DNA of 64,000 bases, taken from the NCBI GenBank assembly GCA_965207095.1, contig CBDBMC010000001.1:4230-68229 (forward strand), in the 5' to 3' direction. The notes beneath the pieces were generated by a model. That model was not told the DNA's origin. It saw only the letters and a program-made list of their open reading frames with translations, and ran no database searches. Origin of the DNA: Candidatus Poribacteria bacterium. Lineage in GTDB: Bacteria > Poribacteria > WGA-4E > PCPOR2b. Positions 55,709 through 64,000 of the stretch are shown here, in pieces. The number at the start of each line of letters is the position of its first letter. Within the stretch, counting starts at the first letter, position 1. The position numbers and the translations under genes were made by a program.

Positions 55709-56175
55709 TAAATATTTCAAAATCGACATGCTGCGTCGAGATATGAATCTCGCCCTACGGACCTACTCATTTCGAGAGTTAGTGAATAACTTACAAACTC
55801 ACTACTCTGGATGAGACTCACATGTCGCCCCTCTGGGGTTTAGGTGTTGGGTGGTTCGCTGTTTCTATAAACATGCCGCCCCGCTGGGGCTGTAGACAGA
55901 CATGATCCCTTACAACCATTATACTCCCATCCCCGATAAATCGGCCTGCAAAGCAACTCGAGTAGAGAGATTGGACGTTTTGCCTTCTATAGATCCGCTG
56001 TATGCCGTAATCGTTGAACAGATCGGGTTCATCGGTTCATTAGTTCGACGGTTCATAAATCACACTGAGGAACAAATGCATCAGTGAACCAGACGGCGAT
56101 GCGCCGATCTCTCACGCGCCAGAGGGGCACAATGCCCAGTCCTCCAATTCAATGAATTAATGGCGCAATACATTG

Positions 56176-57825
56176 TTATAGCCGTCGAGCGATTGCGCCC
56201 AACAACTGATCCAACTCCCGAATCCGCATCAACTTTGCCCCCGCCACCAAGACTGCTACGCCCAAGCCAATCGGAATAAACACACCGATTAAGCGAGCGA
56301 CAATGCTTTCGACACCGAGCCAACCCTCGATCTGTGTGTAGCTCCACCAGCAGGCACCGCCCATAACGGCAGAAGCGAGCACGAGTTTAATTAGCAGCAG
56401 CCAGATCCCACTTAATCCCAATCCGCCAACCCTTCCCCGCAAAAGAAACAGGAGCGCGAGAAAATTCAACGTAATCGTGCAGGAGGTAGACAGCGCAAGG
56501 GATCGGTGGTCGAAACCGAGTCGATAGATAAAGAGATAGTTCAGCAGGATATTAAGCCCAACGGTACACAGACTGACCACAGCGGGTGTGCGTGTATCGT
56601 TGAAGGTATAGAACCCATCCGTCGCGATCTTGACCGCTGAAAAGCCACATAGACCAAAGGCATAATAGAATAGGGCACCCGCCGTCTGTTGTGTGTCCAG
56701 AGGGTTCGCCTGTCCGCCCTCAAAAATCAGTCGACAGATCGGTTCAGCGAGAACTATCAACCCAATCGACGCAGGCACCGTTAGCAGAAAGGTCAGACGG
56801 AGTGCGTGCGAAAAAGAACGGCGATACGCCTCCATGTCTCCCTCTGTGACCAATTTCGCAAGGTTCGGCAGGGCAACCGTCGAGATCGCAACACCGAAGA
56901 CACCGATCGGCAGGTGCATCAATCGAAACGCACGGTTAATCCAAGTCAACCAGCCCTCACCCTCCGATGCGAAGATTGAGTTGACCAATACGTTGATCTG
57001 TAACGCAGCAACCCCAAGGATCGCGGGACCAATTAGCCGTACCACCTGTCGTATTCGTTCATCATGAAAGCTGAGCAGGGGCTGATAACGGAATCCCACA
57101 CGCCGCATGGAGGGCACCTGAATCAGGAACTGTAACGCGCCCCCAGTGACTACGCCAACCGCCATGCCCGTTGTCCGGTGCAGGTCAAAACTTGGCGCGA
57201 CATAGTAACCCCACACCCCGACGATCAGCGATCCAATATTAAAAAAAGAGGAGGCCGAGGCGGGCAACCCGAACTTTCCCTTGCTGTTGAGGAGCCCCAT
57301 CGTCACCGCAGCCAGCGAAACCAGTATCAGGTACGGAAACATAATCCGCGTGAGATAGACGGTCAGGTCACGTTTGGAATCGAAGCCGAAATGTTCTGAC
57401 GGATCGATCGATACATCCTGAAACCCCTTGCCGGTAAATATCAGATCGACGATAGCAGGCGCAGCGAGAATTCCGATAAGTGTTATCAGCGTAAGCAAAA
57501 GGAAAGTCGCGTTAAAAACTCGGCTCGCCAGACGCCACGCAGCCTCTTCGCCGTCCTCCAACTCGGTCGCCGTAAAGGTTGTAACGAACGCCTTGCTCAA
57601 CGCACCCTCGCCAAACAGATCTCGCATCAAGTTTGGGATCCGAAACGCGGCATAGAACGCATCACCGCCGACGCCGGCGGCAAAGTAGTAGGCAATTACC
57701 TTCTCACGGACCAGTCCAAGCAGGCGCGATGCCATCACCGCGATACTCACGATTCCCGCAGATCGGGTAACCTGCTGTTGGTCTTCAGAGGTTGAGGTTG
57801 TGGCGTTATCTATCCCATTTTCCAT
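56176..57825 (-). CDS. murJ: Lipid II flippase MurJ (MviN)
   Basis: 549 aa and polytopic. ASRLLGLVREKVIAYYFAAG..DAFYAAFRIPNLMRDLFGEGALSKAFV is the MurJ N-terminal signature. Confidence 0.9.
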   Translation of the reverse strand: MENGIDNATTSTSEDQQQVTRSAGIVSIAVMASRLLGLVREKVIAYYFAAGVGGDAFYAAFRIPNLMRDLFGEGALSKAFVTTFTATELEDGEEAAWRLASRVFNATFLLLTLITLIGILAAPAIVDLIFTGKGFQDVSIDPSEHFGFDSKRDLTVYLTRIMFPYLILVSLAAVTMGLLNSKGKFGLPASASSFFNIGSLIVGVWGYYVAPSFDLHRTTGMAVGVVTGGALQFLIQVPSMRRVGFRYQPLLSFHDERIRQVVRLIGPAILGVAALQINVLVNSIFASEGEGWLTWINRAFRLMHLPIGVFGVAISTVALPNLAKLVTEGDMEAYRRSFSHALRLTFLLTVPASIGLIVLAEPICRLIFEGGQANPLDTQQTAGALFYYAFGLCGFSAVKIATDGFYTFNDTRTPAVVSLCTVGLNILLNYLFIYRLGFDHRSLALSTSCTITLNFLALLFLLRGRVGGLGLSGIWLLLIKLVLASAVMGGACWWSYTQIEGWLGVESIVARLIGVFIPIGLGVAVLVAGAKLMRIRELDQLLGAIARRL

Positions 57826-57826
57826 T

Positions 57827-57963
57827 TATAGTAGATTTTAGAATTACTTAGACACACCGAATACACAGCCAACCCCCTAAATCCCCCTTATCAGGGGGAC
57901 TTTGGAAACTTCCAAGAGGTTGGAGTTATTAGTAGATGTCTACTTATTTTTTTAATTCATCAT
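57827..57963. mobile_element. MITE family 1 abutting the murJ start codon
   Basis: TATAGTAGATTTTAGAATTACTTAGACAC starts 1 nt from the murJ ATG (57823-57825). The interior holds the intact family-D core at 57873-57900. The right end is degenerate (GATGTCTACTTATTTTTTTAATTCATCAT). Confidence 0.65.
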
Positions 57964-57983
57964 TTAGCCAAGGCTTTTTCGCT

Positions 57984-58964
57984 TTACTCGGTGGTCCCGT
58001 CCTCTTCAGGGACATAATCGCTGGCATCAAGCTCCTTAAACCGCGGCGAGAAAACCTTGTGAAAGGTTTCAAGCTGTTCACATAGCCACTGGTGCTGTCT
58101 GTCCCAGTCTTGGCGGTCTTCGAGATTGATTTCGTCCAGAGAGTGGCTTATGTCACTCTCGCTTCCGAATTGTCCTTTTCACCCCACTCCAATTCGGTGC
58201 CAATCTCTTCTTCGATATCCACCTTGTCCCCTTCCAAGAGATGGAAGTGAGGTTTTGCGTCTGGACCTCTAAGCGTAAGGCTCACGCAGATCCATTTGTC
58301 TCTCACGCTAGCGGAAACGTCGAGCCGGAATTTTGAACGACCAATACCAAAACCTAGCCAGTTCCCGGGTCGAAGGTTTTCCTGGGTCTAATCACACCGT
58401 GCGTTGTTCCAAAAGATCTCGTAGTCCCGTCCAGTATTCGAGATACAACTGATTTGTGGCGGTCAATTCTCCGTGATATTCTCGAAACGGTTTTCGTCCA
58501 GTCGTTCGGGTGCGAAACCATATTAAACTTCGGTGCCATCGGTGAATCGCCAATCCGCCACAATTCAATTTCCAGCCCGAAGAAGCTGAACCTCTCAGCC
58601 GTAATTTCGTTGAGCCAATCCAGTGCGGCACGATGTTCATCCGTAAAACGTTCAGCAACCCAGACCACCGTTACAGCGTCCAACCCAGCGGCGTAGGTCA
58701 ACAACTGACCGAGATGGGTGTGTCTGTCCGCTCAAGCTGATTTTCAATCAGCACCCAACTGTCTGTTACTGTATCCTTACACAAAATATCGGCTCGAAAC
58801 GGCCCAACATTTCTCTCCTGTGCCTCGACTTCAAGTTCAACCCCAATCGTTTCGCCAAGCAGACCTATATTTTCTTCATCAGCCAACCACGGGGTAAAGT
58901 CACTTGCTTCACCTTCCCAAAACTCCCGGAGCGGTACTTTGATTAAACGTCCAAGTTCTTTCAT
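57984..58964 (-). pseudogene. Decayed PD-(D/E)XK nuclease + DUF4268-type gene (at least 4 frameshifts or stops)
   Basis: Fragments lie in three frames. They read EFWEGEASDFTPWLADEENIGLL..FRADILCKD..VLIENQLERTD | LTYAAGLDAVTVVWVAERFTDEHRAALDWLNE..FFGLEIELWRIGDS | ELTATNQLYLEYWTGLRDLLEQR | FGIGRSKFRLDV..LTLRGPDAKPHFHLLEGDKVDIEEEIGTELEW | INLEDRQDWDRQHQWLCEQLETFHKVFSPRFKEL. The breaks are near 58705, 58490, 58390 and 58145. Confidence 0.7.
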
Positions 58965-58983
58965 TATCCCTATCTCCCCTCGG

Positions 58984-60216
58984 TCAATTCCAATCCACCG
59001 GCGACTTCATCTGTCCCAACAGCGTCCGGCGGATCCAATCCAACGCTTGGACAACCAACCACCGACGGATATGATCGGTATCCTGATAGTTACGGCTCCG
59101 TTCAAAGAGACGTGCTTCTCCCGGACCGTTCAGGGCAACGAAAGTGGACGAATCTTCATAGGGACCAATCATTGCAAGTCCTATGCCGCCGGGCGGCGTT
59201 ACACCCTCTGCGAGGGAAACAGCCAAGGAACGTGCCTCTTCAACATCCGTAGGGTCGGTGATAGCGGCGCCCAATTCTTGCGACGCCTCCGCTAAGTTAG
59301 TCGGGGATAGGTCAGTCGTAACCAGGTCGGAATAACCGGATTCAACGAGATCTCGTGCGAGTTGACCGCCGGTGAGCGTGTCAACGACACCTAACCTGAG
59401 CGATTTATCCTGCATCAGCTCGCCGACAACCTCTCCGACCGTTACTTTCCCTTCACCATAAACGGCGATCCCTAACCGTTCGCGGAGTTTTTCCTCCATC
59501 CCGGCGACGAGCGTATCGGCTTCCTCGTCCGTATCCGCCTTTGCGGTGATTCGCACGTCAGTCTGACCGATATGTGCTGCCAATCCAACGGTAGGATTCC
59601 CCTCCGTCATCAGATCACCGATGCCCCGATCGATATTACTCTCTCCCACGGCACATGTGCGTAGCACGCGGACCCGCGTCACCTTGATTCCCCCCATCCG
59701 TTCAATCAGTAGCGGGATAACGGTGTTCTCCATCATGTGATCGAGCTCCCTCGGAACACCCGGCAGCGAAATGATACACCCCCGTCCATTCACATCCTCG
59801 CTCAGATAGCACGGTGCCGTCCCCACCGGATTTGTTAGCGGCGTTGCCCCTTCGGGGATGTAGGCTTGGCGCTTGTTGTTGTCCGCCATCGGACGACCAA
59901 AACGGCTGAAACGCGCTGCAATTTCCGCCTCCAGTTCCGTGCTGTATACCAGTTTACGGCCTGTTGCATCCGCAACCGCTTGGCGTGTAACATCGTCCAC
60001 CGTCGGACCGATGCCCCCGGAGGTGATGATGACATCTGACCGCTCCAAAGCCAAGTCGAGAACTTCAGTGATACGAGCGAGATTATCGCCGACGGTCGTT
60101 TTGTAGTACAGGTCTAGCCCAATATCCCTGAGCGCGAGCGCCAATCTGTTGGCGTTTGTATCAACAATCTCTCCGAGCAGTAGCTCAGTTCCAATCATAA
60201 CAATTTCTGCGTGCAT
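58984..60216 (-). CDS. cinA: CinA-family protein (MoCF-binding domain + nicotinamide-nucleotide amidase domain)
   Basis: MHAEIVMIGTELLLGEIVDTNANRLALALRDIGL..ITSGGIGPTVDDVT is the CinA N-terminal signature; 410 aa. Confidence 0.85.
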   Translation of the reverse strand: MHAEIVMIGTELLLGEIVDTNANRLALALRDIGLDLYYKTTVGDNLARITEVLDLALERSDVIITSGGIGPTVDDVTRQAVADATGRKLVYSTELEAEIAARFSRFGRPMADNNKRQAYIPEGATPLTNPVGTAPCYLSEDVNGRGCIISLPGVPRELDHMMENTVIPLLIERMGGIKVTRVRVLRTCAVGESNIDRGIGDLMTEGNPTVGLAAHIGQTDVRITAKADTDEEADTLVAGMEEKLRERLGIAVYGEGKVTVGEVVGELMQDKSLRLGVVDTLTGGQLARDLVESGYSDLVTTDLSPTNLAEASQELGAAITDPTDVEEARSLAVSLAEGVTPPGGIGLAMIGPYEDSSTFVALNGPGEARLFERSRNYQDTDHIRRWLVVQALDWIRRTLLGQMKSPVDWN

Positions 60217-60245
60217 GAAATACCTTTCCTAATAAATCAGCGAAC

Positions 60246-60456
60246 TATGGTAGATTTTAGAATTACTTAGACATGCCCAATGCGCAGCTAACCCCCTATA
60301 TCCCGCTCCGATTTTATCCCTGATACATCGGGACTCCGACAAGCCGAGAGCAGGCAGGCGGGAGGGACCACTTATCAGAGGGAAACTCTTGTCAGGGGAG
60401 TTGCAGAGGGACTTTGGTAGGTGTCTACTAATCGCTCTAGTTCATCCTAAACAGAA
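60246..60456. mobile_element. MITE family 1 between cinA start and the 3' end of the next gene
   Basis: TATGGTAGATTTTAGAATTACTTAGACAT ... GTGTCTACTAATCGCTCTAGTTCATC. The left end lies about 29 nt upstream of the cinA ATG. The right end overlaps the stop of ORF 60447-61304. Confidence 0.6.
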
Positions 60457-61304
60457 TTTTCTGCTCGTAACACAATATTGGTCCCTTCAAACTCCCATAC
60501 CTCATTATAAACGGTTGGACGCGGTCGAGGGGGCGGGTAGTCGGGCGGCGGATTATTTGGATCTCGCAGTTCCAGGCGATCGCGTCCACGCGGTTTGTCT
60601 AGCCATTCCCGATCCGCTGCCGACGCATCGATCTCCCGTTGCAGGATGAATTCGACCCAATCGAATGCGGAGATAGCGACTTGCGCCTGAAACACCCGTT
60701 TCACGTCCTGACCGTTCCACGTGGCGAGGTCCGGCAGGATAATGGGCCCCGTACAGACTTGGAACTCCTTATCCTCTACATTGAGATTCATGACGTCCAC
60801 GGGATATTCGACTGAAATCGTGAGGTTACGTTCGTTATCGCGATAGGTCGATTTTGCATTCAGCAGATCACCGTTCAGGGTTGCATCACAGATTGCACCG
60901 ACATCGGTTAACTCAGAAAAGTTAGAATGGGACCGCACATCAACCTTATAGCTCTGATAAATCTCACTTAGCTTTCTTGTTGAGGCTTCTTCGGATTCGT
61001 CGCTTGGTCTTTTTGCAATGTTCAACTGGGATTCATCGCTGAAAGCCATGCGCCACTCACCGCTGGGGATCTGGAACATGTTTCGGGACGCGATCGTGTA
61101 CTCGCTACGACATGGTGCACCCAGAAACATATTTGTAACCCGCCCACTTGCCTGGTCCCGTATTTTGCAGCTGGCTTCGAGACCGAATCTCACATGATAC
61201 GCTTGGCCAGGCTCTCCCACAAAACCGCCTGTCCAGCGGTAGTAGGGATCGGGCTTCCACGGAAGCGAATGCCAAGTAAACGTCGAGCGTGAAAAATCAA
61301 TCAC
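60447..61304 (-). CDS. Hypothetical protein, no family recognised
   Basis: 285-aa ORF with ordinary composition and a proline-rich tail (NNPPPDYPPPRPRPT). No motif I can name. Confidence 0.5.
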   Translation of the reverse strand: MIDFSRSTFTWHSLPWKPDPYYRWTGGFVGEPGQAYHVRFGLEASCKIRDQASGRVTNMFLGAPCRSEYTIASRNMFQIPSGEWRMAFSDESQLNIAKRPSDESEEASTRKLSEIYQSYKVDVRSHSNFSELTDVGAICDATLNGDLLNAKSTYRDNERNLTISVEYPVDVMNLNVEDKEFQVCTGPIILPDLATWNGQDVKRVFQAQVAISAFDWVEFILQREIDASAADREWLDKPRGRDRLELRDPNNPPPDYPPPRPRPTVYNEVWEFEGTNIVLRAENSV

Positions 61305-61414
61305 AGTGTATCTCCTTTGAAAGGTTTGCTAACCCAATGGACTAGTGAACTACAGAACTCACGCAAATTTAGTGCGCGGCGTGAGATTTCTTTTTACCCC
61401 CTAAATCCTCCTTA

Positions 61415-61660
61415 GAGCCTGTTTTAAAAGTGAAACAGTCATCTTTAGGAAGTTGTTCACATGTCGCCCCTCTGGGGCTTAAGTTGTTTGTTTGTCCTGT
61501 ATTCTATAAACATGTCGCCCCGCTGGGGCTAAGAATCTGTTTTAAGCGTACGTGAAACGGTCATCTTTTGCCATTCTAGGGGCACAATCAACCAATTTTG
61601 AGAGTATTTACCCGTAAAATGACAACTTTCAGAGATTATTTGGATTTTTCAAACAGATTC
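61415..61660 (+). mobile_element. MITE family 2, copy 2, inserted into a family-D core with TTA duplication
   Basis: The sequence is CCCCCTAAATCCTCC-TTA-[GAGCCTG...CAGATTC]-TTA-TCAGGGGGAC. The intact target reads CCCCCTAAATCCCCC-TTA-TCAGGGGGAC at 57873-57900. Confidence 0.8.
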
Positions 61661-61974
61661 TTATCAGGGGGACCAGCTGCTCCCTAAATCTTCAGCCTCT
61701 CTGAACCCTCCTTAATCCTCCCTTATCAGGGAGGTTGAGGGAAAAGACAAGGGCCGATAAATCGAGACCAGGGGAGAAGATTCCCGAACCCCCTTAGTCC
61801 CCTTATCTGAAGATTAAAAAAATAATTCGGTAATTTGCTATCGACACCAGCGCGGTTGGAAACCGCGCCTACCGTGAGTTTCAAGGAAAATCGGGATTAC
61901 CGATTTAAATACTTAAACTTCATTCAGGGGGAAACTCTTGTCAGGGGAGTTGCAGGGGGACTTATGAACCGACG

Positions 61975-62925
61975 CTATCGATCCTTTAGGTAGACATAGG
62001 GTCTTCCCCGCCAGCGCATCCGGCGTCCCCGTCCGATGATCGTCAGTTCATACCAATCGTCACGAGCGAGTGTGATGTCCGCAGCCTTCGCTCCCTCCGC
62101 AATGTGGTCGGGGTTGCCCGTGCCCACAAGTGGGATAACGCCGCCGGGGAGTGCCATGAGCCACGCCAGCGAGATTTGTCCCGGCGTTACGCCGTATCGC
62201 TCAGCAACTATCTTCACCTGTGCTACGACGCCCTGCTCCCGCTGTTCCTGCCAATCACCAAACCCCTGATCGAAGGTGTGTGGCAGCGGTTTATTTCCGG
62301 TGAGAAGGCCCCCAGCAAGCGGACTGTAGCAGAGCATGTTCATCTTTTTTTCCAGACAAACAGCGGCTAGACCGACCTCCAGTGGTTCTTGAATTAGTAG
62401 GTGGAAGAGCGTCTGCAACGCTTCAACACGGGTATACGCGGAGATGGCGCGGATTTCATCGGGCGAATAGTTGCTCACCCCAACATGTCGAATCTTCCCT
62501 TCTGCCTTCAGGTCTTCCAACGCACGGGCGGTTTCCTCCGGGTGCGTGAGATAGTCAATGCGGTGGGGTTGATAGAGATCTATATAGTCCATACCGAGAC
62601 GTTTCAGCGACCCCTCACAGCACTCCTTGATATAGGCGGCGGACAGATTCCATGTATACACGTTTTCGTATCGCAGGGCGGCACACTTGGAGGCGATAAT
62701 CACCTTTTCGCGGGGGATCTTGCCCTCCCGGATGGCTTCTCCGAGTAGCTTTTCAGAGTCACCGTCGCCGTAGATGTCAGCGGTATCATATAGGGTAATC
62801 CCAAGCTCATAGGCACGATGGACGGTTGCGATGCTGCGTTCTTTCGCGCTGGGGGTCAGGCTCAAACACCCTAACGCGACAAGTGAAACCTGCTCTCCGG
62901 TTGTGCCAAGCTCCACATATTTCAT
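61975..62925 (-). CDS. Aldo/keto reductase
   Basis: MKYVELGTTGEQVSLVALGC..DTADIYGDGDSEKLLGEAI and the ..GVSNY.. motif. ATG 62925 is preceded by an AGGAGG RBS. The longest ORF starts at 62940. Confidence 0.85.
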   Translation of the reverse strand: MKYVELGTTGEQVSLVALGCLSLTPSAKERSIATVHRAYELGITLYDTADIYGDGDSEKLLGEAIREGKIPREKVIIASKCAALRYENVYTWNLSAAYIKECCEGSLKRLGMDYIDLYQPHRIDYLTHPEETARALEDLKAEGKIRHVGVSNYSPDEIRAISAYTRVEALQTLFHLLIQEPLEVGLAAVCLEKKMNMLCYSPLAGGLLTGNKPLPHTFDQGFGDWQEQREQGVVAQVKIVAERYGVTPGQISLAWLMALPGGVIPLVGTGNPDHIAEGAKAADITLARDDWYELTIIGRGRRMRWRGRPYVYLKDR

Positions 62926-63738
62926 GATTTCCTCCTGCATCGGTCAGAAGTATCGGGTTCATTTGCAAAATTGGGTGGGCATAAGAATAGTGCATGACTG
63001 GAAATTTTCATTTATCCGCATAGGCGCAGGCAGCGAGGGGATTGTAGCATAATCCGTTAAATCCAGCGTGTTAAGGATTTTCAAGTTGAGTAGAATTATA
63101 ACTTTCAGGCGATAGAATTGCAAGTGCTAGTTTTGGGGGGCAAGTCGGTATTTTCGCCACTCCTTCTTTGGTTTTAGCGGAGTAAGATGTAGACCGCAGT
63201 GAACCGATGAACCAATTGGTAAATTTGACAATTGCCTTGATACTCGCCATGCACAGCCAATCCCCTAAATCCCCCTTATCAGGGGGACTTCACCTACTTG
63301 AGGGGTGTGCATGTGTAGCAATCTTGTTGGATTAACCCTATTGCTGTGCATACACATTGCGCTCCGCCCCGATAAATCGGGATTCAAAACTGGAGCGCAG
63401 GCATTGACTTTACCGCCGTTCTATAGACATATCGCTCCGCTGGAGCGAAGGTTTCTGTCGAATCATAAGGACTTTCGTGTATTGGGGTTGCTTAAAGAAT
63501 GTGAGTCCGGTAGCAGTTCTGTTTGCTCATCGATATTTCCTGCGTAATCAGGTGCCTCCGCGATTCAAACAATAATGATGCACACCCCTCATTTATTTTT
63601 AGAATCCACCATAATTCTCTCGTAGCTTGATCTCCCGGTCGAGACTACCGCGGGGCAAGGATGCCCCTCCTACTAGCTCTGGTTGAACCAAAATCAATCA
63701 AAAAACGGAAAACTGAATAGCCCTAACGAACTGATAAA

Positions 63739-63915
63739 CCCAAGTTGCTAGTTGCGTGATGATACCACATACATGTCGCCCCGCTGGGGCTTTAAGGCTG
63801 GTTTTATCCTATTTTCTATACACATGTCGCGCCGCTGGGGCTATAAGTCGGGCAAGATGCCCAACCTACGGATATACGGGTCGATTATCGTACCGCACAT
63901 CACCAGTAACTTGCG
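63739..63915 (+). mobile_element. MITE family K, short copy
   Basis: CCCAAGTTGCTAG ... CCAGTAACTTGCG with two B hairpin units inside (about 63770 and about 63820). No clean duplication is recognised. Confidence 0.5.
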
Positions 63916-63928
63916 TTAATAAAGATAA

Positions 63929-63957
63929 TTGACAGAACAAGCGGCATTTATTATAAT
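63929..63957 (+). promoter_or_regulatory. Perfect-consensus sigma70 promoter TTGACA - 17 nt - TATAAT
   Basis: TTGACA at 63929-63934 and TATAAT at 63952-63957. A GAGGAGG RBS at 63964-63970 and ATG at 63978 follow. Confidence 0.6.
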
Positions 63958-63977
63958 CGCACTGAGGAGGACGATTT

Positions 63978-64000
63978 ATGTTGAGAGCAGGAATCATCGG
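63978..64000 (+). CDS. 5' end of an ORF (MLRAGIIG..., Rossmann-type start; truncated by window end)
   Basis: ATG 8 nt after GAGGAGG. Only 7 codons are visible. Confidence 0.4.

Overview
No searches were possible, so every family call below rests on motifs I recognise in the ORF translations or the DNA. The window looks like a contig from an uncultivated bacterium and has three layers.

(1) Ordinary chromosomal genes: mazG, an SDR, 3-hydroxyacyl-CoA dehydrogenase, an arylsulfatase plus PhyH dioxygenase pair, a DUF3311 plus Na+/solute symporter pair, a Gfo/Idh/MocA oxidoreductase, a small Rieske protein, a trmJ-like methyltransferase, an FAD oxidase, a nitroreductase, murJ, cinA and an aldo/keto reductase. 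There is also a selenocysteine (in-frame TGA plus fdhF-like SECIS) formate dehydrogenase.

(2) A very large secretome.
- An operon on the minus strand (7.6-16.4 kb) encodes a cohesin/2x spondin_N protein, an M36-like metalloprotease and a polytopic membrane protein.
- One frameshifted LRR gene lies at 22.9-25.0 kb.
- A 20-kb plus-strand array (31.1-50.9 kb) holds five paralogous internalin-type LRR proteins. Each carries both a cohesin and a dockerin plus a Por/T9SS-type C-terminal sorting domain. A secreted two-cohesin scaffoldin-like protein sits among them.
- Two of the LRR paralogs have a roughly 560-aa head with two CXXCH motifs. That head is about 99.8% identical at DNA level between the two copies, while their LRR modules have diverged.
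- I consider this enzyme-free cohesin-dockerin/LRR assembly the most likely novel system in the window.

(3) Almost every intergenic region is a mosaic of nested MITE/REP-like elements. At least five families have terminal inverted repeats. Several have clear target-site duplications and empty-versus-filled sites. No transposase gene is present in the window.

Other points: a DUF2089/SHOCT/DUF4097 four-gene cluster, an orphan DUF790 (Bax1-like) gene and a multiply frameshifted PD-(D/E)XK/DUF4268 pseudogene. I recognised no rRNA, tRNA, CRISPR array or cas genes.
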